A stretch of 64,000 nucleotides of DNA from Lama guanicoe. Taxonomy: Eukaryota. A program made the position numbers and the translations under genes. Below are positions 12,301 through 24,300 of this stretch, in pieces. A model generated the notes under the pieces. The model made no database searches. It saw nothing but the letters and a program-made list of their open reading frames with translations, and was not told the DNA's origin. Where the stretch lies: contig MU053094.1 of NCBI GenBank assembly GCA_013239625.1, forward strand, positions 3,842-67,841, written 5' to 3'. Within the stretch, counting starts at the first letter, position 1. Each line of letters begins with the position of its first letter.

Positions 12301-15300
12301 CCTCCCCACACTCAAGATAACAGAACACTTTTTCGTGTGTCTGCTGGAAGTGCGGAAACAGACTTCAGGCATCTTTCAGGGGCCACTGGTATTCCCAGTT
12401 TTGGGGTTGTTGGTTAAACACCTCCACTTCCTATGCCAGGCACTCGCTTCTACTCGGTTTTAGAGCCCAACCCCTACATTCCCCCGCACTCTGGCCTATT
12501 CAAACCATCAGGGAAGTTATGCTAATGTATTCTATTCAAATCCAGGTGCTGCTGTCAGTTGGAAGAACTTCCCCATACTCAGGATTCCGGAACACAGCCT
12601 TGTGTGGGGGGAATAAGCGGAGAACCTGTCCATGCAGATGAATGGGGGCACAGGTGTTCCCAGTTAGGGAGAAGTCCTCTAAATTCTTCCTCAGTCCATA
12701 GGGGGCACTCATTTCTTCTTGACTTCCAAGCCCACCCTCAGCTTTCCTATGCAACCTGGCCTAGGGAAACACTCCGGGAATGCAAGCTAAGTGAATCTAT
12801 TAGAACCCAGTGGCTGCTGTCAGTTGGAGGAGCCTCCTCTCACTCAGGATACCTGAACACGTCTTCATGTGTGTGCTGGAGGTGGGAAAAGTGTCCACGC
12901 AACTTTATGGGGGCACAAGTGTTTCCAGGTTTCGGATGTTGTTTAAACACCTCTATTGCCCATAGAGAGGCACTGGCTAATACTTGGATTTAGAGCCCTA
13001 CCCCCACATTCGCTCACAGCCCGGCATAGAAAAACACTCAAGGAAGTCAAGCAAAGGGATTCTATTAGATCCCATGTGCTGCTGTCACTTGGAGGAACCA
13101 CTCAACACTGAGAACACCAGAACAATTCTTCATGCATGTGCTGGAGGTGGGGAAACAGAGTCCACACATAGCTCAGGGGGCTTAGGTATTCCAAGGTTGG
13201 GGGTTGTAGGTATACGACTCCACATCCCATGGAGAAACACTCCGTAATACTTGGATTTAGAGCCCAGACCCCACTTTCACCCACACTCCGGCCTTGGCAT
13301 GCCATGAGGGAAGACAAGGTAAGGGATACTATTAGAACCCAGGCGCTGCTGTCATTTAGAGTAGCCTTCCCTCATTCAGGATACCTTAAATAGTCTGTGT
13401 GTTCTACTGCATGTGAGGAAACAGAGTCCATGCATATTTATGGGGGCAGAGTTGTTCACAGTTTGGGGATGTTATTTAAACACCTTCAATGCCCATAGAG
13501 ATGCACTCAATAATACTTGGTTTTAGAGCCCAACCCCCACCTTTGCTCACAGCGTGGCATAGAAAAACACAAAGGGAAGTCAATCTGAGGGATACTGTAA
13601 TATCCCAGGTGCTGCTGTAAGTTGGAGGATCCTCCCCTCACTCAAGACACGAGAACACTTCTTCGTGTGTGTGCTGGAGGTGGGAGAACAAGGTCCACGC
13701 ATAATTCATGGGGCACAGGTATTCCCAGTTTATGGGTTTTAGGTAAAACACCTGCATAGCGCTGGAGAGGAACTCGCTAATACTTGGTTTTAGTGCCCAA
13801 ACCTCACTTTCCCCCACCCTCAGGCCTAGGTAAACCATCAGGGATGTCAAGCTAAGGGATTCTATTAGAACTCAGGGACTGCTGTCATTTGTAGGAACTT
13901 CCCCTCACTCTGGATTCCAGAAGCCAACCTTGCATGTGGGAGGTGTGGATCCCAAACAAACGCAGATGAATGGGGCACAGCTCTTCCCCGTTAGGGAGAA
14001 GTCCTTTAAGCACTTCCTCAGTCCATTAGTGAGCACTCATTGCTAATTGAACTCCAAGTCCAACCCTCAGTTTCCCCTGCATCCCAACCTATTGATACGC
14101 TCTGGGGATACACGTTAAAGATTTTATTAGAACCCAGGTGCTGCTGTCAGTGGGAGGAACTTCCCCACTCTCAGGATTCCAGAACCCAACCTTGTGTGTG
14201 GAGGAATTGTGGTGCCCCACTTCACACAGATGAATGGGGGCACAGGTGTTCCCCGTTAGGGAGAAGTCCTCTAAGTAACTCCTCCGTCCATGAGGGGGGC
14301 ACTCGATGCTACTTGGACTCCCTGCCCAACCCTCAGCTTTCCCTGAAAGCCCGGTCTAGGGAAAAATTCACGGAATACAACCTAAGGGATTCTATTAGTT
14401 CCCAGGCACTGCTGTCAGTTGGAGAGCCTCCCAACACTCAGGATTCCTGAACACATCTTCTTGTGTGTGCTGGAGGTGGGGATACAAATTCTACGCATCT
14501 TTATGTGGGCACAGGTGTTCCCAGGTTGAGGATGTAGTTAAAACACCTCCAATGCCCATACAGAGGCCCTCGCAAATACTTGGCTTTAGAGCACAATCTC
14601 CACCTTGGCTGACAGCCCGGCCTAGGAAAACACTCAAGGAAGTCAAGCTAAGGGATTCTATTTGATCCTAGGTGCTACTGTCTGAGGAGCTTCCCCAAAC
14701 TCAGGATACCAGAAAACTTCTTCGTGTGTGTTCTGGAGGTGGGGAAACAGAGTCCACGCATCTTTCAGGGGGCACAGACATTTCCAGGTTGGGAGTTGTA
14801 GGATAAACAATTCCAATTCCCATGGAGAAGCACTCGCTTATTCTTGGTGTTAGAGCCCATACCCCACTTTCCCCCGCACTGTGGCCTAGGCAAACCATCA
14901 GGAAAGGCAAGCTTTGGGATTCTGTTAGAACCCAGGCGCTGCTGTCTGTTGGAAGAACTTCCCCACTCTCAGGATTCTGGATCCCAGTCTTGTGTTGGGG
15001 GGGAGTTTTGCAGCCACATTCCACGCAGATTAATGGGGGGTACAGGTGTTCCCCTTTAGGGAGAATACCTCTAAGTATTTCCTCAGTCCTTGGGGGGGGC
15101 AGTCACCGCTACTTGGATTCTAATTCCAACCCCCAGATTTCCCTCGAAGCCCAGTCTAGGGAAACACTCAGAATACAAGCTAAGGGATTCTATTAGAACC
15201 CAGGGGCTGATGTCAATTTGAGGAGCCTCCCCATACTCAGGACACTAGAAATCTTTTTCTTGTGTTTGCTTGAGGTGGGGAAACTTAGTACATGCATCTT

Positions 15301-18300
15301 TCAGGTGATACATGTATTCCCAGGTAAGGGGTTGTAAGTTAAACACCTCCAGATTCCATGGAGTGGCGCTCGATAATACTTGGTTTAGAGCCCAACCACC
15401 AATTTCCCCCACACTCCTGCCTAGGCAAACCATCAGGTGTGGAAAGCTAAGGGATTGTTTTAGAACCCAGGGTCTGTTCTCAGATGGAGGAACTTCCCCA
15501 CACTCAGTATTCCAGAATCGAGCCTAGTGAGGGCGGGAGTTGTGGAGCCACATTCCATGCAGATATATGGGGGCACAGGTGTTCCCCATTAGGGAGAAAT
15601 ACTTTTAGTATTTTCTCTATCCATCGGGGACACTTGATACTAATTTCATTGAAAGCCCAACCTCCAGCTTTTCCTCACAGCCCCGCCTAGGGAAACACTC
15701 AGGGAATATAAGCTAAGGGACTGTATTAGAACCCAGGCAATGTTGTTATTTGGAGGTGTCTTCCAACAGTCAATAAACCTGAACTCGTTTCCGTGTGTGT
15801 TCTAGAGTTTGGTAAAAAGATTCCACGCACCTTTATGGGGGCACAGGTGTTCCCAGTTTGGAGATGTAGTTTAAACACATCCACTGCCCATAGAGAGTCA
15901 CTCGATTATACTTGGCTTTAGAGACCAACCCCCAAATACACTCACAGCCCAGCCTAGAGAAACACTCATGGAAATCAACCTAAGGGAACCTATTAGATCC
16001 CAGGTTCTGCTGTGATTTGGAGGAGCCTCACCACAATAAAGATAACAGAACACTTTTTCGTGTGTCTGCTGGAAGTGGGGAAACAGAGTTCAGGCATATT
16101 CCAGGGGCCACTGGTATTCCCAGGTTGGGGGTTGTTGGTTAAACACCTCCACTTCCCATGCAGAGGCACTCGCTAATACTCGGTTTTAGAGCCCAACCCC
16201 TACTTTCCCTCCCACTCTGGCCTATTCAATACGTCAGGGAAGACATGCTTACGGATTCTATTCAAATCCAGGAGCTGCTGTCAGTTTGAAGTACTTCCCC
16301 ACACTCAGGATTAGGGAACATATCTTTGTGTGTGGGGAAGTAGTGGAGCCCCAGTCCACGCAGATGAATGGGGCACAGGTGTTCCCTGTTAGGGAGAAGT
16401 CCTCTTAGTTCTTCATCAGTCCATCAGGCGGCCTTCACTGCTACTTGGCCTCCAAGCCTAACCCCATCTTTCAGTCACAACCCGGCCTAGGGAAACACTA
16501 AGGCAATACAAGTTAAAGTGTTCAATTAGAACCAAGGCACTGCTGTCAGTTTGAGGAGCCTCCCCACAGTCAGGATAACTTAACACAACATCGTGTTTGT
16601 GCTGTAGGTGGGGAAACAGATTCCACGCATCTTTCAGGGGGCACAGGAATTATCCAGTTGGCGATTGTATCTTAAACACTTCCACATCCCATGGAGAGGC
16701 ACTCGATAATACTTGGTATTAGAGGCCAACCCCTACTAACCCCCGGACTCCTGCCAAGGAAAGCCATCAGGGAATACCAACTAAGGGATAAAATTAGTAG
16801 CCAGGCACTGCTGTCTGTTGGAGGAGCCTCCCCACACACAGGATAGCAGAACACATCTCCGTGTGTGTGTTGATAGTGGGGAAACTTAGACCCCGCACCA
16901 TTCATGGGGCACAGGTATTCCCAGGTTGTGGTTTGTAGGTTAAGAACTCCTCATCAAATGAAGAGGCACTCGCTAATACTTAGTTTCAGAGCCTAAACCC
17001 CAATATCCCCTGCACTTCTGCCTAAGAAATCCATCAGGGAAGACAATATAAGGGATTCTACTAAAGCCCATGCGCTGCTGTCAGTTGGAGGATCTTTCCT
17101 ACATTCAATATTCCAGAAAATAGCCTTCTGTTTGGGGGAGTTGTGCAGCCACAACCCACGCAGATGAATGGGGGCACAGGTGTTCCCCATTAGGGAGAAG
17201 TCCTCTAAGTACTTCCTCAGTTCTTGGGGGGTCAGTCACCGCTACTTGGCCTCTAAGCACAACCCCCAGTTTTCCCTCAAAGCCCGGTCTAGGGAAACAC
17301 TCAGAATACAAGCTAAGGTATTCTATTAGAACCTAGGGGCTGATGTCAGTTTGGGGAGCCTCCCACACTCTGGATACCAGAACTCTTCTTCGTGTGTTTG
17401 CTCGAGGTGGAGAAACATAGTCCACACATCTTTCAGGTGGCACATGTATTCCCAGGTAAGGGGTTGTCAGTTAAACACCTCCACTTTCCATGGAGAGGCA
17501 CTCGATTATACTTGGCTTTAGAGCCAAAACCCCACTTTTCCCCGCACTCTGGTCTAGGCAAAGCATCTGGGAATACAAGCTAAGTGATAGTATTTGAACC
17601 CAGGTACTGGTCTCAGTTGGAGGAATTTCCCCACACTGAATATTCCGGAATCATGCCTAGTGTGGGAGGGAGTTTTTGAGCCTCACTACACGCAGATATA
17701 TGGGGACACAGGTATTCCCCATTAGGGAGAAATTCTTTTAGGATTTCCTCTGTCCATTGAGGGACAGTTGATGCTAATTTCAATCCAAGCCCAAACTCCA
17801 GGTTTCCCTCGCAGCCCGGCCTAGGGAAACACTCAGGGAATATAAGGTAAGGGATTGTATTAGAACCCAGGTGATGTTGTCATTTGGAGGAGCCTTCCCA
17901 CAGTCAGGAAACCTGAACAAGTTTTCGTGTGTGTTCTTGTGTTTTGGAAACAGATTCCACGCATCTTTATGTGGGCACAGGTGTTCCCAGTTTGGAAATG
18001 TAGTTTAAACACATCCACTGCCCATTGAGAGGCACTCGAATATACTTGGCTTTAGAGACCATCCCCCAACTTCGCTAACAGCCCAGCCAACAGAAACAGT
18101 CAGGGAAATCAACCTAAGTGATCCTAATACATCGCAGATTCTGCTGAGATTTTTAGGAGCCTCCCTGCACTCAAGATAACAGAACACTTTTTCGTGTGTC
18201 TGCTGGAAGTGGAAGACAAATTTCAGGCATCTTTCAGGGGCCACAGGTATTCCCAGTTTGTGGGTTGTTGGTTAAACACCTCCACTTCCCATGCAGAGGC

Positions 18301-21300
18301 ACTCGCTAATACTCGGTTTAAGAGCCCAAACCCTCCTTTACCCCGCACTCTGGCCTAGGCAAACCATCAGGGAAGTCATGATAAGGGATTCTATTCAAAT
18401 CCAGGTGCTGCTGTCATTTGGAAGAACTTCCCCACACTCAGGATTCCGGAACACAGCCTTGTGTGGGGGGAATTTGTGGAGCCCCAGTCCACACAGATGA
18501 ATGGGGGCACAGGTGTTCCCAGTTAGGGAGAAGTCCTCTAAGTTCTTCATCAGTCCATCAGGGGCACTCGCTGATACTTGGCGTCCTAGCGCAACCCCAT
18601 CTTTCCCTCGCAACCTGGCCTAGGGTAACACTAGCAATAGAAGATAAAGCACTCAATTAGAACCCAGGCACTGCTGTCATTTGGAGGATCCTCCCCACAC
18701 ACAGGATAACTTAACATGACATCGTGTCTGTGCTGGAGGTGGGGAAACAGAGTCCACGCATTTTTCAGTGGACACAGGAATTACCCGGTTGGGGGTTGTA
18801 TGTTAAGCATCTCCAAAACCCATGGAGAGGCAATCGCTAATACTTGGTTTTAGAGGACAACCCCTACTATCCCCCGGACTCCTGCCAAGGAAAGCCATCA
18901 GGGAAAACCAGCTAAGGGATACTATTAGCAGCCAGGCACTGCTGTTTGTTTGAGGAGCCATCCCACACTCAGGATAGCAGAACACCTCTCCTTGTGTGTG
19001 CTGAAAGTGGGGAAACATAGTCCCTGCATCATACAGGGGGCACAGGTATTCCCAGGTTGTGGTTTGTAGGTTAAAAAACTCCAAATCAAATGAAGAGGCA
19101 CTCGCCTAAACCCCACTTTCCCCTGCACCCCTGCCTAGGCAATCCATCATGGAAGGAAAAATAAGGGATTCTATTACAGCCCATGTGCTGCTTTCAGTTG
19201 GAGGTACTTTCCTACACTGAGGATTCTGGAAAATAGCCTTTTGTGTGTGGGAGATGTGGAGCCCAAATCCACGCAAATGAATGGGGACACAGGTGTTTCC
19301 TGTTAGGGAGAATTCCTCTAAATTCTCCCTCAGTCTATAGGGGGCACTCGCTTCTACTTGAATTCCAAGCCCACCCCCCAGCTTTCCCACGCATCCGGCC
19401 TAGGGAAACACTCCGGGAATGCAAGCTAAGTGATTCTATTAGAACCCTGGGGCTGCTGTCAGTTGGAGGAGCCTCCCCACACTCAGGATACCTGGCACGT
19501 CTTCTTGTGTGTGCAGGAGGTGAGGAAAGAGTCCACGCAACTTTATGGGGGCACAGGTGTTTCCAGGTTAGGGATGTTGTTTAAGCACCTCCATTGCCCA
19601 TAGAGACGCACTGGCTAATACTTGGATTTAGAGCCCAACCCCCACCTTCACTCACAGCCCGGCATAGAAAAACACTCAAGGAATTCAAGCAAAGGAATTC
19701 TATTTGATCCCAGTTGCTGCTGCCACTTGGAGAAACCACCCAACACTGAGAATACCAGAACTCTTCTTCATGTGTGTGCTCGAGGTGGGGAATCATAATC
19801 CACGCATCTTTCAGGTGGCACATGTATTCCCAGTTTGTGGGTTGTAGGTAAACGACTCCACATCCTATGGAGAAGCACTCCATAATACTTGGATTTAGAG
19901 ACCATACCCCACTTTCACCCACACTCCGGCCTTGGCATGCCATCAGGGAAGACAAGGTAAGGGATACTATTAGAACCCAGGCGCTGCTGTCATTTAGAGG
20001 ATCCTACCCTCAATCAGGATACCTTAAATAGACTGTGTGTTCTACTGGATGTTGGGAAACAGAGTCCACGCATATCTATGGGGGCAGAGTTGTTCACAGA
20101 TTGGGGATATTATTTAAACACTTCCAATTCCCATAGATTTACACTCGATAATACTTGGTTTTAGAGCCCAACCCCCACCTTTGCTCACAGTGTGGCCTAG
20201 GAAAACATGCAGGGAAGTCAAGCTGAGGGTTACTGTAATATCCCAGGTGCTGCTGTAAGTTGGTAGATCCTCCCCACACTGAAGACATGAGAACATTTCT
20301 TTGTGTGTGTGCTGGAAGTGGGAAAACAGGGTCCACGCATATTTCATGGGGCACAGGTATTCGCAGTTTGGGGGTTGTAGGTAAAACACCTGCATAGCAC
20401 ATGGAGAGGAACTCGCTAATACTTGGTTTTAGAGCCCAAACCTCACTTTCCCCCGCCCTCAGGCCTAGGAAAATCATCTGTGAAATCAAGCTCGGGATTC
20501 TATTAGAACCCAGGGAATGCTGTCAGTTGGAGGAACTTCCCCTCACCCAGGATTCCAGAAGCCAACTTTTTGTGTGGGAGGTGTGGATCCCAACCCCACG
20601 CAGATGAATGGGGCACAGCTGTTCCCCATTATGGAGAAGTCCTTTAAGCACTTCCTCAGTCCATTAGTGAGCACTCACTGCTAATTTAACTCCATGCCCA
20701 ACCCTCAGCTTTTCCTTATAGCCCGGCCTAGAGAACAATTCATGGAATACATGCCAAGGGATTCTATTACATTCCAGACGCAGCCATCAGTTGGAGGAAC
20801 CTCCCTACACTCAGGATACCTGAACACGTCTTCTTCTCTGTACTGTAGGTGGGGATACATATTCTAAGCATTTTTATGTGGGCACAGGTGTTCGCAGTTG
20901 GAGGATGTAGTTAAAACACCTCCACTGCCCATAGAGTGGCCCTCGCAAATACTTGGCTTTAGAGCCCAATCTCCACCTTCGCTGACAGCCCGGCCTAAGA
21001 AACCACTCAAGTAAGTCAAGCTAAGGGATTCTATTTGATCCTAGGTGCTACTGTCAGTTTGAGGAGCCTCCACATACTCAGGATAGCAGAACACCTCTCC
21101 GTGTGTCTGCTGAAAGTGGGGAAATATAGACCCCGCATCATACAGGGGGCACAGGTATTCCCAGGTTGTGGTTTGTTGGTTAAAGAACTCCATATCAAGT
21201 GAAGAGGCACTCGCTAATATGTAGTTTCAGAGCTTAAACCCCACTTTCCCCCTCACTCCAGCATAGGCAAACCATCAGGGAAGACAAGACAAGGGATTCT

Positions 21301-24300
21301 ATTACAGCCCAAGCGCTGCTGTCAGTTGGAGGATGTTTCCTACACTCAGGATTCTGGAAAACAGCCTTCTGTATGGGGGAGTTGTGGAGCCCAAATTCAC
21401 GCAGATGAATTGGGGCAAACGAGTTCCCTGTTAGGGAGAAGTCCTCTAAATACTTCTTCAGTCCATAGGGGGCACTCGCTTCTACTTGACTTCCAAGGCC
21501 ACCCCCAGCTTTCCCACGCATCCCGGCCTAGGGAAACACTCCAGGAATGCAAGCTAAGTGATTCTATTAGAACTCAGGGGCTACTGTCAGTTGGGTAAGC
21601 TTCCCCTCACTAGGATACCTGAACACGTCTTCGTGTGTGTGCTGGGGGTGGGGAAATATTCCACACAATTTTATGGGGGCACAGGTGTTTCCAGGTTTGG
21701 GATGTTTTTTAAACACCCCCATTGCCCATAGAGAGGCACTGGATAATACTTGGATTTAGAGCCCAACCCCACCTTCGCTCACAGCCGGGCATAGAAAAAT
21801 GCTCATGGAAGTCAAGCAAAGGGATTCTATTAAATCCCAGGTCCTGCTGTCACTTGCAGGAACCAACCAACAATGAGAATACCAGAACACTAACTCATGT
21901 GTGTGCTGTTGGTGGAGAAACAGAGACCATGCATATTTCATGGGGCTCAGGTATTCCCAGGTTGGGGGTTGTAGTTAAACGACTCTACATCCCATGGAGA
22001 AGCACTCCATAATACTTGTATTTAGAGCCCAATCCCCACTTTCACCCGCACTATGGCCTTGGCATGCCATCAGGGAAGACAAGGTAAGGGATAATATTAG
22101 AACCCAGGTGCTGCTGTCATTTAGAGGAGAATTGCCACAGTCAGGATACCTGAACATGTTTTTGTGTGCTTGCTGGAGGTGGAGAAACAGAATCCATGCA
22201 TCTTTATTGGGGCACAGATGTTCCCAGTTTGCAGAAGTAGTTTAAACCCACCCACTGCCCATAGAGATACTCTCACTAACAGTTGGCTTTAGAGAATAAC
22301 CTTCTCATTCGCTCACAGCCCGGTCTAGGAAAACACTCAAGGAAGTGAAGCTAAGGGATACTGTTTTATCCCAGGTGGTGCTGTCTGTTGGAGGAGCCTC
22401 CCCACACTCAGGATACCAGAACACATTTTTGTGTGTGTGCTGGTGGTGGGGAAACTGAGTCCATGTATCCTTCAAAGTGCACAGTTATTCCCAAGTTGGG
22501 GGCTATAAGTTAAACACCTCCTGATCCCATGTGGAGGCACCCACTACTACTTTGATTCAGAGCCCAAACCCCACTTTCCCCGTACTCCGGCCAACACAAA
22601 CCATCAGGGAAGACATGCTAAGGGATTGTATTAGAACACAGGTGCTGCTCTCATTTGGAGGAACTTTCCCACACTCAGGATTCCGGAAGCAAGGCTTGTG
22701 TGGTGTGAACTGTGGAGCCCCACTTCATGGAGATATATGGGGCACAGGTGTTCCCAATTAGGGAGAACTACTTTAAGTATTTCCTCTCTCCATCAGGCGA
22801 CATTCACTGCTAATTTCTTTCCAACCCCAACCTCCAGCTTTCCCTTGAATCCCAGACAAGGGAAACACTCAGGATATACAAGCTAAGGGATTCAATTAGA
22901 ACCCAGGCGCTTCTGTCATTTGGAGTAGCCTCCCCACAATCAGGATACCTTAACAATCTTCGTGTGTGTGCTGGATGTGGGGAAACAGAGTCTACACATC
23001 TATATGGGGGCACAAGTGTTCCCAGGTTGGTGATGTAGTTTAAAAACTTCCAAAGCCCATCGCGAGGCTCTCTCAACTACTTGACTTTAGAGCCCAACCC
23101 CCACCTTCGCTCAAAGAACGGCCAAGGAAATCACTCCGGGAAGTCAACATAAATGATACTATTAGATCCCAGGTGCTGCTGTCATTTGGAGGATTCTCCC
23201 CACGATCAGGATACCAGAACACTCCTTCATGTGTGTGCTGGTGGTGGGGAATCAGAGTCCTTTCATCTTTCATTGTGCATAGTTATTCCCAGGATGGGGG
23301 TTGAAGGTTAAACATCTCAACTTCCCATGGAGTGGCAGTAACTATTACTTGGTTTTTGAGTCAAACCTCACTTTCCCTCACACTCCTGCCTAGGCAAACC
23401 ATCAGGGAAGACAAGTTAAAGGATTCTATTGGAACCAAGCCACTTCTGTCAGTTGGAGGAGCTTCCCCACACTTAGAATTATGAAACCCAGCCTTGTGGG
23501 TGGGGGGAGGTGTGGAGTCCCAGTCCACGCAGATGGATGGGGCCCACAGGTGTTCCTGGTTAGGGAAAGTCCTCTAAGTTCTTTGTCAGTCCTTCAGGGG
23601 GCACTCGCTGCTACTTGGCCTCAAAGCTTAACCCCTATCTTTCCCTTGCCACCCGGCCTAGGGAAACAGTAAGTCAATACAAGTAAAAGCATTTAATTAG
23701 AACCCAGGCACTGCTGATAGTTGGAGGAGCCTCCCCACACTCAGGATAACTTAACACTTCTTCGTGACTGTGCTGGAGGTGGGGAAACAGAGTCCACGCA
23801 TCTTTCAGGAATATATCAGGGGCCACAGATATTCCCTTTTTGGGGGTTGTAGGTTAAACACCTCCACTTCCCATGGAGAGGCACACACTAATACTTGGAT
23901 TTAGAGCCCAAATCCAACTTTGAACAGCACTATGGCTTATGCAATCAATCAGGGAAGAGAAGCTTAAGGATTCTACTAGAACACTGGCACTGCTGTCAAT
24001 TGGAGGAACTTTTCCACCATCAGGATTCCGGAAGCCAGACTTGTGTGTGGGGGGGGATTTGTGTATCTACACTACACGTAGTTGGATGTGGGCACAGGTG
24101 TTCCACTTTAGGGAGAATTCATCTAAATAATTCCTCAGTCCATTGGGGGGCACTCGCTACTATTTGGCCTCAAAGCCCAACCCCCAGCTTTCCCTCAGAG
24201 ACAGGCCTAGGGAAACAATCAGGGATTACAAGCGAAGGGATTCTATTTGAACCCAGGCGCTGCTGTCACATGAAAGTGCTGGCCCACACACAGGATACCT

